Shown: positions 10,749 to 20,980 of the stretch, in pieces
Layout of the letters: each line of letters starts with the position of its first letter
Numbering within the stretch: position 1 is the first letter of the stretch
Assembly (NCBI GenBank): GCA_019358915.1
Contig: JAHHIM010000001.1
Coordinates: 192,001-256,000, forward strand
Direction of reading: 5' to 3'
DNA: 64,000 bases
From: Trichormus sp. ATA11-4-KO1
Lineage (GTDB): Bacteria > Cyanobacteriota > Cyanobacteriia > Cyanobacteriales > Nostocaceae
Translations under genes and position numbers: made by a program
The notes under the pieces: model-generated
Told to the model about the DNA's origin: nothing
Database searches by the model: none
Seen by the model: only the letters and a program-made list of their open reading frames with translations

Positions 10749-12437
10749 CTATTTTGCAGTTTTCGGTTTCAGAGCTAACAACATCTCTAATTGACTGGTG
10801 GATTTGTCGGGACTGGTGGCGGTGACACCAAAACCACGAATGGAACTTAGGACTGTGTTGGCTTCAGATGGGATAGGTTGCCTTTTGGCCACAAAGCTAT
10901 TTAATAAAGATACAGTTTTTTCCATATCTAAGTAAAAGTAGCCAGCATTGGGCTTTTGCAATGAACCAGTTACAGCTTTGAAGGTGTCGCTACTATCAAG
11001 TTTGGGACTATTGGAAGTGGCGATCGCTTCAGCTACAGAACCACCTATTGCTAAAAATACAGTATTTTTATCTAGCCAACCGTGGGAAAATAACGCGCCT
11101 TGTCGGGGGATTTGCCACTCAGTTACGTCTTTACCGCCAATATTTCTTTTACTAATATTAATTTGTTGGGTTTTGGCGAGGTTATCTAGTTTACTCAAAG
11201 TCGCTTCTGCTGTTTGGCGATCGCTGGTTTCAAATATTAATGCTCCTCCAAAACCCACACTCGCCAACATACCTTGATTTGAGGGAATAGTACCAAAGGC
11301 GAATTCCTGATCCATCCACCCGAAAACGTCTTTATCTAGGTCAATATTGACAAACTTCAGTTGCCCCCGCACTTGCTGTATTATTTGGTTAAATTCAGGA
11401 TAATCTTTGGACTGTTCGACTAAGGTTGACCAACTCCGGCTGATACCATTACCAGTAATTAAAGCAAAGGTATCTGAGGGTAATTGTTTAACTATGTTTG
11501 CCGGAGTTGTTTGATACTCGAATTTATTCAGTTGCGGATCTAAATTAGCGATCGCTTTTAGCCGCACTCCCTGATCATCAATACCCACACGCGCCACCAA
11601 AGATTTTACTTGTTTCAACTGGGTCAAACTTTGTGGAGGTAGTTCCCTAGCCTGGGGACTTGCGGCTATCAATTGCTGTATCATGCCCCCGTAGTCTGGT
11701 ATGTAAACTTGTGCCAAGGTGTTTTTGACATCTGAACTTGCGGTAAGAATCGTATTGGCACCTTCTTGATTGGCAAAAGAGGGCTGTCCTTTAAAGGTGT
11801 CAATAGCCTTTTCTACAGCTTGCTTTTCAGGAGCTAATACTAAATGGTTATTATTGATAACTACGCTATATGTCTGTCTGCCATTTTCTGTAGTTTCCGT
11901 AATTTTTTCACCTTTGTAATCAGATTCCTGGCTTTTGACACCTTTTTGCCCTTTCCACTTATTAGCAAAATTTAAAGCGTTGAGTTTATCTTTGATGCCT
12001 ACTACCATCAAGACATTAGGTTCTGGTTGTACTTTGGTAGCAGAATTAGGCTCTGTAGAAGGCTTATTCGACTGTGCAAGTTTAGTAGGATTAGGCGGTA
12101 GCATAGCAAACATCACACCACCCACCCAAGGCTTGATATCTTTTTCGTAAGAAATATCACTTTCACTAAAAAAATCTTCGTTAAAATCTTCTAAGCCTTT
12201 TGCGATTAACTTTTGTGTTTCTGGAGTGCCAAACTGTTGTAATTTTGCCCAAGCTTGTGGGTCAGTTGTAATATAAGTTGCCATCAGCGCTGTGGAAGGG
12301 ACTAATTTAGCACTACCTAAAGCGCCTGAGCTATCACCAGATAGACCTTTAAAATATATATAAGCAGCTACACTTCCTGCTATGACTACAGCAGCACCAA
12401 CAGCAGGAATTAACAAATTTGATTTACGTTCAGGCAT
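10749..12437 (-). CDS. Membrane-anchored DUF3352-type protein
   Basis: N-terminal TM anchor; DIKPWVG and DVFGWMDQEFA patterns typical of this cyanobacterial family. Confidence 0.75.
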   Translation of the reverse strand: MPERKSNLLIPAVGAAVVIAGSVAAYIYFKGLSGDSSGALGSAKLVPSTALMATYITTDPQAWAKLQQFGTPETQKLIAKGLEDFNEDFFSESDISYEKDIKPWVGGVMFAMLPPNPTKLAQSNKPSTEPNSATKVQPEPNVLMVVGIKDKLNALNFANKWKGQKGVKSQESDYKGEKITETTENGRQTYSVVINNNHLVLAPEKQAVEKAIDTFKGQPSFANQEGANTILTASSDVKNTLAQVYIPDYGGMIQQLIAASPQARELPPQSLTQLKQVKSLVARVGIDDQGVRLKAIANLDPQLNKFEYQTTPANIVKQLPSDTFALITGNGISRSWSTLVEQSKDYPEFNQIIQQVRGQLKFVNIDLDKDVFGWMDQEFAFGTIPSNQGMLASVGFGGALIFETSDRQTAEATLSKLDNLAKTQQINISKRNIGGKDVTEWQIPRQGALFSHGWLDKNTVFLAIGGSVAEAIATSNSPKLDSSDTFKAVTGSLQKPNAGYFYLDMEKTVSLLNSFVAKRQPIPSEANTVLSSIRGFGVTATSPDKSTSQLEMLLALKPKTAK

Positions 12438-12690
12438 TATTACTGTCCTCTTTTCTTCAAATTGTCACCGAGGCGAGTACAAACGTCATTGTAGAGTTCT
12501 CGGAATTGTTCGTAATTTTCACTAATTTATGCGGTAAATACTGACAAAATTAGTGAATTTACACATTCTGGCTCAAAAAACGCTACAAACAATACTTCAA
12601 TCAGGTGAGATGCAAATCCGCACGACAAGGGGACAAGGGGATAGGGGGACAAGGGGATAAAGGGATAAAGGCGAATTCTTGACTCAGCAC

Positions 12691-12717
12691 TCCCCTTCGA
12701 CTTCGCTCAGGGCCAGC
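12691..12717. repeat. 27-nt small dispersed repeat inside a CTCAGCA tract (copy 1 of 3)
   Basis: TCCCCTTCGACTTCGCTCAGGGCCAGC; reverse complement matches 44511-44537 and 46919-46945. Confidence 0.8.
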
Positions 12718-13003
12718 GCACTCAGCACTCAGCACTTTTTCCCTTCTTGATAGTGGCAAGCTATTCTAAACTATAGGAAGACTTGGGAGTATTTGTACTC
12801 AATGGAAATTTAACGAGATGTAAGAAACTCTTGATCCGATCACAAAAAGGCACACGATATCAGCCCAATCAAATTTGCTAGGTAGAGATAAGATTAATTC
12901 TCACCTGCCAAGAGCCTTTTTAATTTGGGCAATAAACCAGATAGTGTGATTTTTGGAATACATCTAGGTAGACTTTTCAGGATTAAAAGGTTAGTAAGCA
13001 TCA

Positions 13004-15589
13004 ATGTTGCAGTCTTATTTTGATACAGAGAATAACGGTCACAAATCTTTTGAGTTACCAGGCTCAAGACCACACTATAATCCCGATCGCCCTGGACAGG
13101 TAGAGCATATTTTTCTCGATCTCAGCTTGGATATTCCTCACCAAAGTTACCACGGTAGTTGCAGCATTCGCCTATTGCCCGTTCGCAGTGGTATTGATCG
13201 TTTGACTTTGGATGCTGTCAACTTAAATATCCAATCTGTGCAGGTAGACGAGGTAGAACAAAATTTTGATTACAATGGCGAACATCTGGCGATTAAACTT
13301 ACTCAACCAACGCAGATTGGCAAACGGCTATTAATTGCGATCGCCTATGCTGTGGAAAAACCCCAACGCGGTATCTACTTTGTTCAACCAGACCAACACT
13401 ACCCCAACAAGCCTACCCAAGTCTGGACTCAAGGCGAAGACGAAGACTCGCGTTTCTGGTTTCCCTGTTTCGATTACCCAGGACAATTGTCTACTTCGGA
13501 AATCCGCGTTCGTGTTCCTAAACACCTGGTAGCTATTTCCAACGGCGAACTCATTGACACCCGAAAAGATGGTGATCATAAAATCTACCATTGGTCACAA
13601 CAACAAGTTCATCCTACGTATTTGATGACTTTAGCGGTAGGTGATTTTGCGGAAATTCGTGACGAGTGGCAAGGTAAACCTGTTACCTACTACGTAGAAA
13701 AAAGTAGAAAAGATGATGCTAAACGCAGCATGGGCAAAACTCCCCGCATGATGGAGTTTTTGAGTGAAAAGTATGGTTATCAATACGCCTTTCCCAAATA
13801 TGCTCAAGTTTGCGTGGATGACTTCATCTTTGGGGGAATGGAAAATACTTCCACAACTCTATTAACAGACCGATGTTTGCTGGATGAACGCGCCACCTTA
13901 GATAATCGCACTACAGAAAGTTTAGTTGTCCACGAATTAGCACATCAGTGGTTTGGTGATTTGCTGGTAATTAAGCACTGGTCTCATGCTTGGATTAAGG
14001 AAGGTATGGCTTCCTACTCTGAGGTGATGTGGACAGAACATGAATATGGCGACCAAGATGCAGCATACTATCGTTTATTAGAAGCCCGGAGTTACTTCAG
14101 CGAAGATAGCAGCCGTTACCGTCGGCCGATGGTAACTCATGTTTACCGGGAAGCGATCGAACTTTATGATCGCCATATTTACGAAAAAGGCTCTTGTGTT
14201 TATCACATGATCCGAGCAGAATTGGGAGAAGAATTATTTTGGCCAGCAATTCAAACTTTTGTTCAAGATAATGCTCACAAAACTGTAGAAACAGTAGACT
14301 TACTACGGGCTATTGAAAAAGCAACTGGACGTAATCTTGCTTTTCTCTTTGACCAGTACGTTTATCGTGGCGGTCATCCTGATTTTAAAGTAACTTACTC
14401 GTGGGATGGCGATGCTAATTTAGCAAAAGTTACAGTCACTCAAACCCAAGCCGACAAGAATAATAGTCAGGATTTGTTTGACCTGAAAATCCCCATTGGT
14501 TTTGGCTACGTTCAACAGGGTGAACCTGCACAACTCAAAACTTTTACTGTACGGGTACATGAACGCGAACAAAGCTTTTACTTCCCACTCACAGAAAAGC
14601 CCCAATTTATCAGCTTTGATGTAGGCAATCATTTCTTGAAAACTGTGTCTTTAGAGTATCCCGTACCAGAGTTGAAAGCACAGTTAGAATTTGACCCTAA
14701 CCCAATTTCTCGCATCTATGCAGCAGAAGCTTTAGCAAAAAAAGGTGGATTAGAAGCAACTAAAGCACTATCGGCTGCACTCAAAAATGATTCATTTTGG
14801 GGTGTACAGGTAGAAGTAGCTAAACAACTGGCAGAAGTTAAATTAGATCAAGCCTTTAATGGGTTAGTTCCTGGGTTACAAGACCAAAATGCTTTTGTGC
14901 GGCGTGCTGTAGTGGAAGCATTGGCAAAAATTAAAACCTATGAAAGCTATAAGGCTGTAAAAGAGTTAGTGAAAAATGGTGATCCTAGTTACTACGTGGA
15001 AGCCGCCGCTTCTCGTGCTGTGGGGGCGATCGCTGCTGCTAACTTGGATGAAAAACCCAAAGAAGAAAAGGTCATCAAGCTGCTGCAATCTGTGTTAGAA
15101 GAAAGAGCAGGTTGGAATGAAGTCGTGCGTAGTGGGGCAATTGGCGGTTTAGCTGAACTCAAAACCTCGGAATCCGCTTTAAATCTGTTGCTAGAATACA
15201 CCAAACTTGGTATTCCTCAACCATTGCGTTTAGCAGCAATCCGGGCTTTAGGCAAGATTTCTGTAGGTCAAAGTCCGGTTAATTTAGAACGGATTTTAGA
15301 TAAATTAGCAGAACTAGCCAAAGAAACCTTCTTTTTAACCCAAATGGCAGTAGTAGCAGCATTGGGACAAATGGAAACACCCAAAGCCATCGGCATTTTG
15401 CGATCGTTAGCCGACCAAACCGCCGATGGACGTGTGCGTCGTTCTGCTGATGAACAAATTGCCAAAGTGCAAAAGAATGTCGGTACAGACAAGGCGTTGC
15501 GTCAGTTGCGAGAGGAACTCGACCAACTCAAACAACAAAATCAAGAACTCAAAAGCCGTTTGGCAGATTTAGAAGCTAAATCTCGGTAA
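13004..15589 (+). CDS. M1-family aminopeptidase with C-terminal HEAT repeats and coiled coil
   Basis: GGMEN and HELAH...(x18)E zinc motif. Confidence 0.95.
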   Translation: MLQSYFDTENNGHKSFELPGSRPHYNPDRPGQVEHIFLDLSLDIPHQSYHGSCSIRLLPVRSGIDRLTLDAVNLNIQSVQVDEVEQNFDYNGEHLAIKLTQPTQIGKRLLIAIAYAVEKPQRGIYFVQPDQHYPNKPTQVWTQGEDEDSRFWFPCFDYPGQLSTSEIRVRVPKHLVAISNGELIDTRKDGDHKIYHWSQQQVHPTYLMTLAVGDFAEIRDEWQGKPVTYYVEKSRKDDAKRSMGKTPRMMEFLSEKYGYQYAFPKYAQVCVDDFIFGGMENTSTTLLTDRCLLDERATLDNRTTESLVVHELAHQWFGDLLVIKHWSHAWIKEGMASYSEVMWTEHEYGDQDAAYYRLLEARSYFSEDSSRYRRPMVTHVYREAIELYDRHIYEKGSCVYHMIRAELGEELFWPAIQTFVQDNAHKTVETVDLLRAIEKATGRNLAFLFDQYVYRGGHPDFKVTYSWDGDANLAKVTVTQTQADKNNSQDLFDLKIPIGFGYVQQGEPAQLKTFTVRVHEREQSFYFPLTEKPQFISFDVGNHFLKTVSLEYPVPELKAQLEFDPNPISRIYAAEALAKKGGLEATKALSAALKNDSFWGVQVEVAKQLAEVKLDQAFNGLVPGLQDQNAFVRRAVVEALAKIKTYESYKAVKELVKNGDPSYYVEAAASRAVGAIAAANLDEKPKEEKVIKLLQSVLEERAGWNEVVRSGAIGGLAELKTSESALNLLLEYTKLGIPQPLRLAAIRALGKISVGQSPVNLERILDKLAELAKETFFLTQMAVVAALGQMETPKAIGILRSLADQTADGRVRRSADEQIAKVQKNVGTDKALRQLREELDQLKQQNQELKSRLADLEAKSR

Positions 15590-15869
15590 GTGGAATGGGG
15601 GACTGGAGAGGCGACTTCTACCTAGTTCCCAGTCCTCTTGTCCACTACGAAAAAGTTGTACTTTTATAAAGTATAATTAAGAAAAAGATAAAAAAATCTG
15701 GGTGATAAGGTAGGCTAAAACCGCAGAAAATATTACCCGGAACAGATTTAAGTTTAATAGTTTTCTATAAAAAACTAAAGATATTCTCAACTTGCAATTA
15801 ACCTTGTAGGTTGGAGAACAAAAAACAACCATCAATGTAGATTTCCCAGTTGAAGAGGCAAATAAAGGC

Positions 15870-17576
15870 GTGGGTCAGTATCAACCTGCTCAGCTAAGGC
15901 GCTACAATCCAGATGCGATCGCTCGTTACTATCGTTACCGTCCCTGGCTGGCTTGGGGACGAGTGCTAAAAATTATCTGGTCTTTTGCTGGATTTATTTT
16001 TAGTCTCAAGTGGGACGAATGGCAAGACCAAGTTGAGCAGAACAGGGGTAAACGTGCCATCCAATTACGAGAATTGCTCACTCGGCTTGGCCCTACTTTC
16101 ATTAAAGTGGGTCAAGCACTATCCACTCGCCCAGACTTAGTACGTAAAGATTTCTTAGATGAACTAATCAAGCTGCAAGACCAGTTACCACCTTTTGATA
16201 ATGCGATCGCTTATCAAATTATTGAAAACGAGTTAGCTCGTCCAATTAAGGAAGTTTATAGTGAGTTGTCACCTAGTCCAGTAGCAGCCGCTAGTTTAGG
16301 TCAAGTGTATCGTGGTCGTCTACTCAGTGGCGAAGAAGTGGCGGTGAAGGTGCAACGTCCCTACTTACGCCCAGTCATCACACTCGACCTTTATTTGCTG
16401 CGTTGGGCGGCTAGTTGGTTAGCACCTTGGCTACCCCTGAATCTCGGTCACGACCTGACTTTAATTGTGGATGAGTTTGGCATCAAGTTATTTGAGGAAA
16501 TTGATTACATCAATGAAGGTCGGAACGCGGAAAAATTTGCTCACAATTTTCGCAACGACCCGCGCGTGAAAGTTCCAGCTATTTACTGGCGTTATACTAA
16601 CACCCGTGTTTTAACTCTGGAATGGATTCACGGCTTCAAACTCACAGATACTACAAGAATCAAGGAAGCAGGTTTAGACCCAGAAGGTATTATCCAAATC
16701 GGTGTGACTTCTGGTTTACAGCAACTATTGGAACATGGTTTCTTCCATGCTGACCCCCATCCGGGAAATTTGTTCGCTATGCCAGATGGTCGTATGGCTT
16801 ACATTGACTTTGGCATGATGGATCAGTTGGAGGAAAATACTAAGGAAACTTTGGTAGATGCTCTAGTACATCTAGTTAACAAAGAATACGCTGATTTAGC
16901 CATAGACTTTGTGAATTTGGGTTTTCTGACTCCAGACACAAATATTTGCCCAATAATTCCGGCATTAGAGTCAGTATTGGGAAATGCCATTGGTAAAAAC
17001 GTCGGGGAATTTAACTTCAGAACCATCACTGATGAGTTCTCGGAACTGATGTATGAATATCCTTTCCGAGTGCCGGCGAAGTTTGCCTTAATTATTCGTT
17101 CTCTAGTGACTCAAGAAGGTATTGCCCTCAGCCTCAACCCTAATTTCAAAATAGTTGAGGTGGGTTATCCCTACATAGCCAGGCGATTACTGACTGGAGA
17201 ATCTCCCGAATTACGGCGACGCTTACTGAACGTGCTATTTAAAAATGGTAAATTCCAGTGGCAGCGCTTAGAGAATTTAATTGCGATCGCTCGTACTGAT
17301 GGCAACTTTGATGTATTACCCACAGCACAGATGGGGTTGCAATTTTTGTTATCTGATGAAGGGAAATTTCTCCGGCGACAGTTAGTGCTAGCACTTACCG
17401 AAGATGACCGTCTGCATACCGAAGAAGTTCAACGACTTTGGGATTTAGTCAAAGATGACATCAAGCCGACTCGTTTATTCAACGTAGCGATCGGCATGTT
17501 AACAGAGTTATCTAGAGAAGGTGTATCTGCCATCTTGCCAAACTCTAGTTTTTTCGTTCCTTCCATTAAAAAATAA
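15870..17576 (+). CDS. ABC1/UbiB (AarF) atypical kinase
   Basis: IKVGQ, AAASLGQV, VAVKVQRP, HADPHPGN and DFG motifs. Confidence 0.95.
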   Translation: MGQYQPAQLRRYNPDAIARYYRYRPWLAWGRVLKIIWSFAGFIFSLKWDEWQDQVEQNRGKRAIQLRELLTRLGPTFIKVGQALSTRPDLVRKDFLDELIKLQDQLPPFDNAIAYQIIENELARPIKEVYSELSPSPVAAASLGQVYRGRLLSGEEVAVKVQRPYLRPVITLDLYLLRWAASWLAPWLPLNLGHDLTLIVDEFGIKLFEEIDYINEGRNAEKFAHNFRNDPRVKVPAIYWRYTNTRVLTLEWIHGFKLTDTTRIKEAGLDPEGIIQIGVTSGLQQLLEHGFFHADPHPGNLFAMPDGRMAYIDFGMMDQLEENTKETLVDALVHLVNKEYADLAIDFVNLGFLTPDTNICPIIPALESVLGNAIGKNVGEFNFRTITDEFSELMYEYPFRVPAKFALIIRSLVTQEGIALSLNPNFKIVEVGYPYIARRLLTGESPELRRRLLNVLFKNGKFQWQRLENLIAIARTDGNFDVLPTAQMGLQFLLSDEGKFLRRQLVLALTEDDRLHTEEVQRLWDLVKDDIKPTRLFNVAIGMLTELSREGVSAILPNSSFFVPSIKK

Positions 17577-17640
17577 AAATGTCAAATTTTTTACTGTCTT
17601 GCTTGTACCTGTGATTTTTTAATATCAATCCGGAGTTTTC

Positions 17641-18009
17641 ATGTACTATTACCCTGCACAACCGCCCTCTTTGCTGCTAATTATTGGTTTGTTGATCGCA
17701 TTAACTTCTGGTTTTGCTTTATCTGGCACGCTGAAAGTCATCGTGCAGCAATGGCAAAAAAATAGTACAGAAGACTCTAAATCTCCTTCCTCACTGAGAC
17801 AATTATTTGTGCCATTTCTAGGAATAACTGGCGGTGTTTGTCTATTTCTCTGCTCAGGTTTAGAGATATTTGGCTTTCCGTCTTTCTTAGCTTTAGCAGT
17901 TGGATTGCCAATTAGTTTTTTAACTTGCTTATTGGTGTGGTTGCAATTAGGAAGTATGCTGACTTTTGCCCAACGCCAAGGAATGCAATCTCTAGATTTA
18001 GATTCTTGA
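17641..18009 (+). CDS. Small membrane hypothetical protein
   Basis: Three hydrophobic segments; GGAG upstream; co-oriented with the kinase gene. Confidence 0.7.
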   Translation: MYYYPAQPPSLLLIIGLLIALTSGFALSGTLKVIVQQWQKNSTEDSKSPSSLRQLFVPFLGITGGVCLFLCSGLEIFGFPSFLALAVGLPISFLTCLLVWLQLGSMLTFAQRQGMQSLDLDS

Positions 18010-18134
18010 TCTGAGACGAGGATCAGATGTTTGCCTCTACTTTGCATACCTGTGCAAAGTTCTTCATCCTAGCTTTATCTGGTATGAGCTAAATTACTGA
18101 TGGATAGTGATAGCCATCAAGTCAGGAATTGATT

Positions 18135-18542
18135 ATGACTCAAAATGAGAATAGTAATCCATCAAATACCAATGTAGTTTCTTCACATTCTGGTGAACGA
18201 CATTGGGGTACGGTAGAAGTGATAGAGGAAGGGGAAAGCTATAGAATTAGTCGTGTTGAAATTAAGCCCAGACACGGTATTAAGCCACAAATCCATTATC
18301 ACCGTAATGAACATTGGGTTGTCGTCTCCGGTGTAGCTAAGGTAACTTGTGGAGAGGAAGAAAAATTATTGAATCGCAACGAATCAACTTTTGTCCCCTC
18401 AGCAACTTTGCATAAGGTAGAAAACCCAGGACAAATTCCGTTAGTGATTCTGGAAATTCAAAATGGTGAATACTTGGGTGAAGATGATATTGAACGACCT
18501 TATGAACTCAATGTGGTCAAGCCTGTCAATGAAAACCAGTAA
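18135..18542 (+). CDS. Cupin protein similar to type II mannose-6-phosphate isomerase C-terminal domain
   Basis: RHWG, QIHYHRNEHWVVVSG and EIQNGEYLGEDDI.R motifs. Confidence 0.9.
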   Translation: MTQNENSNPSNTNVVSSHSGERHWGTVEVIEEGESYRISRVEIKPRHGIKPQIHYHRNEHWVVVSGVAKVTCGEEEKLLNRNESTFVPSATLHKVENPGQIPLVILEIQNGEYLGEDDIERPYELNVVKPVNENQ

Positions 18543-18561
18543 GTGATAATTGCAATAAAGT

Positions 18562-18602
18562 AAGCTAAATAATTTGTTATCCAGTGCCAAATTATTTAGC
18601 TT
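18562..18602. terminator. 15-bp stem hairpin between convergent genes
   Basis: AAGCTAAATAATTTG...CAAATTATTTAGCTT. Confidence 0.6.
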
Positions 18603-18624
18603 CTACCTAATTATTATGCCAGAG

Positions 18625-18755
18625 TAAGTAGGTGGGTGGGAAAATTTATCGCTAGGATAAGGCAGAAGGCAGAAGGCAGGAGGCAGAAGGGAAGAGGGTT
18701 TTAAGCTGATTCATTTTTCTTTACATAGTTGATTTTATTTGTGCCTACCTACTTA
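18625..18755. mobile_element. MITE family B, copy 1 (131 bp)
   Basis: TIRs TAAGTAGGTGGG / CCTACCTACTTA; flanked by GAG on both sides; appears identical to 36164-36294. Confidence 0.85.
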
Positions 18756-18774
18756 GAGCAAGAGTATTTACTAC

Positions 18775-19533
18775 TTAAAACCATCCCTCTTGTTCCAGAG
18801 TTTCAATTAGCTGTAACCCACGAGGATCACCTACGCCTAACAGTGAGGCTTTGGCATCTTCTCTTACTCCCAAATCTTGGTCTTCGGCAAAGGCTTGAAT
18901 CAGCGCATCAATCGCCGTGGCATAAACAATATTAGAAGGCAATTCCCGACACAACTGGCCAATTGTCCAAGCGCAATTACTGCGCACGGCTGCTACTGGG
19001 TCTTGGACTAAGGCTTCAATTAGTGGGGGTATGGCTCCCACAACGGCTTCATAGCCCACGTCTGCCATTTGTGCTAAGGCACTAGCAGACCATAAACGTA
19101 CTGCGGAAATATCGGTTCTTAAGGCATCTGCTAAAGGTGCTAAAGAACGGCGATCGCGGCAGTTTCCTAAAGCCCAAACTACACCTTTACGTACATAGCC
19201 ATTCCAGTCTTTGTGGAGTTGAATAATTAACGGTTCCACTGCTTCTGGACTGGGATTGCGCCCAATGCCGTAGGCTGCACTCACTCGCACTAAGGGACAG
19301 GTATCAGTTAACAGGCGAATTAGATGGGGGATAGCTCGTGTATCTTCAATATCGCAAAAAGCACGAGCTGCTAACATCCGTTGCTGGGGTTGGGAATTTT
19401 CCAAAAGAGCTAGCATCACTTCTGGGTCGGGCCTTGCCACTTCTGACTCAGCAGTTAGCGGCTTTATCTTATCTAGGGGGCTTTCTAGCTCTTCCTCAGC
19501 ATCGAGTAGGCTTAGGTCTTCTTCGTCATACAT
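18775..19533 (-). CDS. HEAT/PBS-lyase repeat protein
   Basis: Repeated VRxxAAxALG units. Confidence 0.9.
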   Translation of the reverse strand: MYDEEDLSLLDAEEELESPLDKIKPLTAESEVARPDPEVMLALLENSQPQQRMLAARAFCDIEDTRAIPHLIRLLTDTCPLVRVSAAYGIGRNPSPEAVEPLIIQLHKDWNGYVRKGVVWALGNCRDRRSLAPLADALRTDISAVRLWSASALAQMADVGYEAVVGAIPPLIEALVQDPVAAVRSNCAWTIGQLCRELPSNIVYATAIDALIQAFAEDQDLGVREDAKASLLGVGDPRGLQLIETLEQEGWF

Positions 19534-19711
19534 ATTTCATTTAAATGCCCGAGTGGGATTTACACATAACCCCCCGTGCTAATAAGTCAAAGCTTGATAG
19601 GTATCAGCTAGATTATTGTACACTTTATCATCCACATCATTGACTGTTAGCAGCAGGGCAAATATTGTAGCTAACGCGCTACAGGATGCTTCTTTTATCC
19701 ACTAGATTTAT

Positions 19712-20233
19712 TTAAAGTGATTTTACCATCCATAGGGATTGGGTTTGATAACCAAGCTGACTGTAAAGACTGAAAGCGGCTTGATTGGATGGAAAAACTT
19801 GTAAGCCAATTTGGCGATCGCCTCTTTGAGTCGCCCAATTTTCGACATACTTCATCAAAGCTGTACCAATACCCCGCCGTCGATGTTCTGGATTAACGTA
19901 CAGGAGAAAAATATGAGCATGGCGATCGCCTTGTACTTGGTCTATGGCGTTTCCTATCCAGAGGCAGGCGATGGGGGGATGGGGGGATGGGGGGAAAAAA
20001 GTTATATTATTACTCTCCCCTGCTCCCCTGCTCCCTTGCTCCCCTACTCCCATATCCACCCACCATAAGGGTGTGTCTTTAGAGAAGTATTGCTCGACGG
20101 TTTTGGCTAAATGGGCAAAATCTTGCTCTGGAAATAAATCCTGGTAAGTTCGCTGCATGAACTTTACCAGCATTGCCCGATCCAATGTTGAGCCGCGACG
20201 AATGTAGTACCCAGGTAGAAGTTGCTCAGACAA
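19712..20233 (-). CDS. GNAT N-acetyltransferase containing a repeat-derived loop
   Basis: YVNPEHRRRGIG and N..A..LY..LGY motifs. Confidence 0.9.
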   Translation of the reverse strand: MSEQLLPGYYIRRGSTLDRAMLVKFMQRTYQDLFPEQDFAHLAKTVEQYFSKDTPLWWVDMGVGEQGSRGAGESNNITFFPPSPHPPIACLWIGNAIDQVQGDRHAHIFLLYVNPEHRRRGIGTALMKYVENWATQRGDRQIGLQVFPSNQAAFSLYSQLGYQTQSLWMVKSL

Positions 20234-20251
20234 ACCTTTTTGTATTTACTT

Positions 20252-20485
20252 CTATGATTGTTTTGTCTCTAGGGAAAGCATGGAGCAAGATAAAAGCGGA
20301 GGTTGTGAAAAGGCAAACAATTCTTCCTCCCCATTTTCCCATCTGCCAATTCCCCCATCTTCCTCAATGGGTGCGGGTGCTGCCATATCAGAGGGTAAAA
20401 AGATGCGAGCGCTGACTGCTACCAGAGCAAATAAAAATACTAATACTACAAGCAAGGGGGCGATGTACTGACGAAATATAGCCAT
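20252..20485 (-). CDS. Small membrane protein, probably with a repeat-derived tail
   Basis: N-terminal TM helix FRQYIAPLLVVLVFLFALVAVSARIFLPSDMAAPAPI; tail encoded by purine-rich repeat-like DNA. Confidence 0.65.
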   Translation of the reverse strand: MAIFRQYIAPLLVVLVFLFALVAVSARIFLPSDMAAPAPIEEDGGIGRWENGEEELFAFSQPPLLSCSMLSLETKQS

Positions 20486-20578
20486 ATTTGAATTGCCATC
20501 GGCTAGATTTTGTATTTGAGAACCTAGCTGAAGATTTGTGAAGTTTTCTTGAACTATTTTAAAACTTTTTCGGGCTAC

Positions 20579-20980
20579 TTAACGTTGATCGCGTTCTAAG
20601 TCATCAAGTACTCGTTCGCAATACCAATTCTCTGGCATCCCCGGATAATTCTGTTTTGCCTGCTCAATTAACCGCTCGGCTGCGGCCACATCACCTGCTA
20701 ACTTAGCAATTAGCTTGTTTTTGAGATGGCTATCGGCTATTTGCTCGTTTGCTTGTTCGGGTCTTTCTTCTGTTACTACCTGAGACTGTTCTCTTCTCAA
20801 CTGCCAGAATAAAACGTAATAAAGAGTACCAAAAATTAAAATTAGGCTAAATGTGCCAAAAAGAGTTAGGAGATTAAAAGTCAAAAATCCTAAAACTAAC
20901 TGTGAGAGAACGTAGCCGAGTAACAAGCCAATGAGTAAGAGAATAAATGTGCCGACGATAATAACTACTTGGTTCCCCAT
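20579..20980 (-). CDS. Hypothetical membrane protein
   Basis: Two TM helices plus C-terminal AERLI...WY.ERVL.DL.RD domain; overlaps the ampG stop region. Confidence 0.7.
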   Translation of the reverse strand: MGNQVVIIVGTFILLLIGLLLGYVLSQLVLGFLTFNLLTLFGTFSLILIFGTLYYVLFWQLRREQSQVVTEERPEQANEQIADSHLKNKLIAKLAGDVAAAERLIEQAKQNYPGMPENWYCERVLDDLERDQR

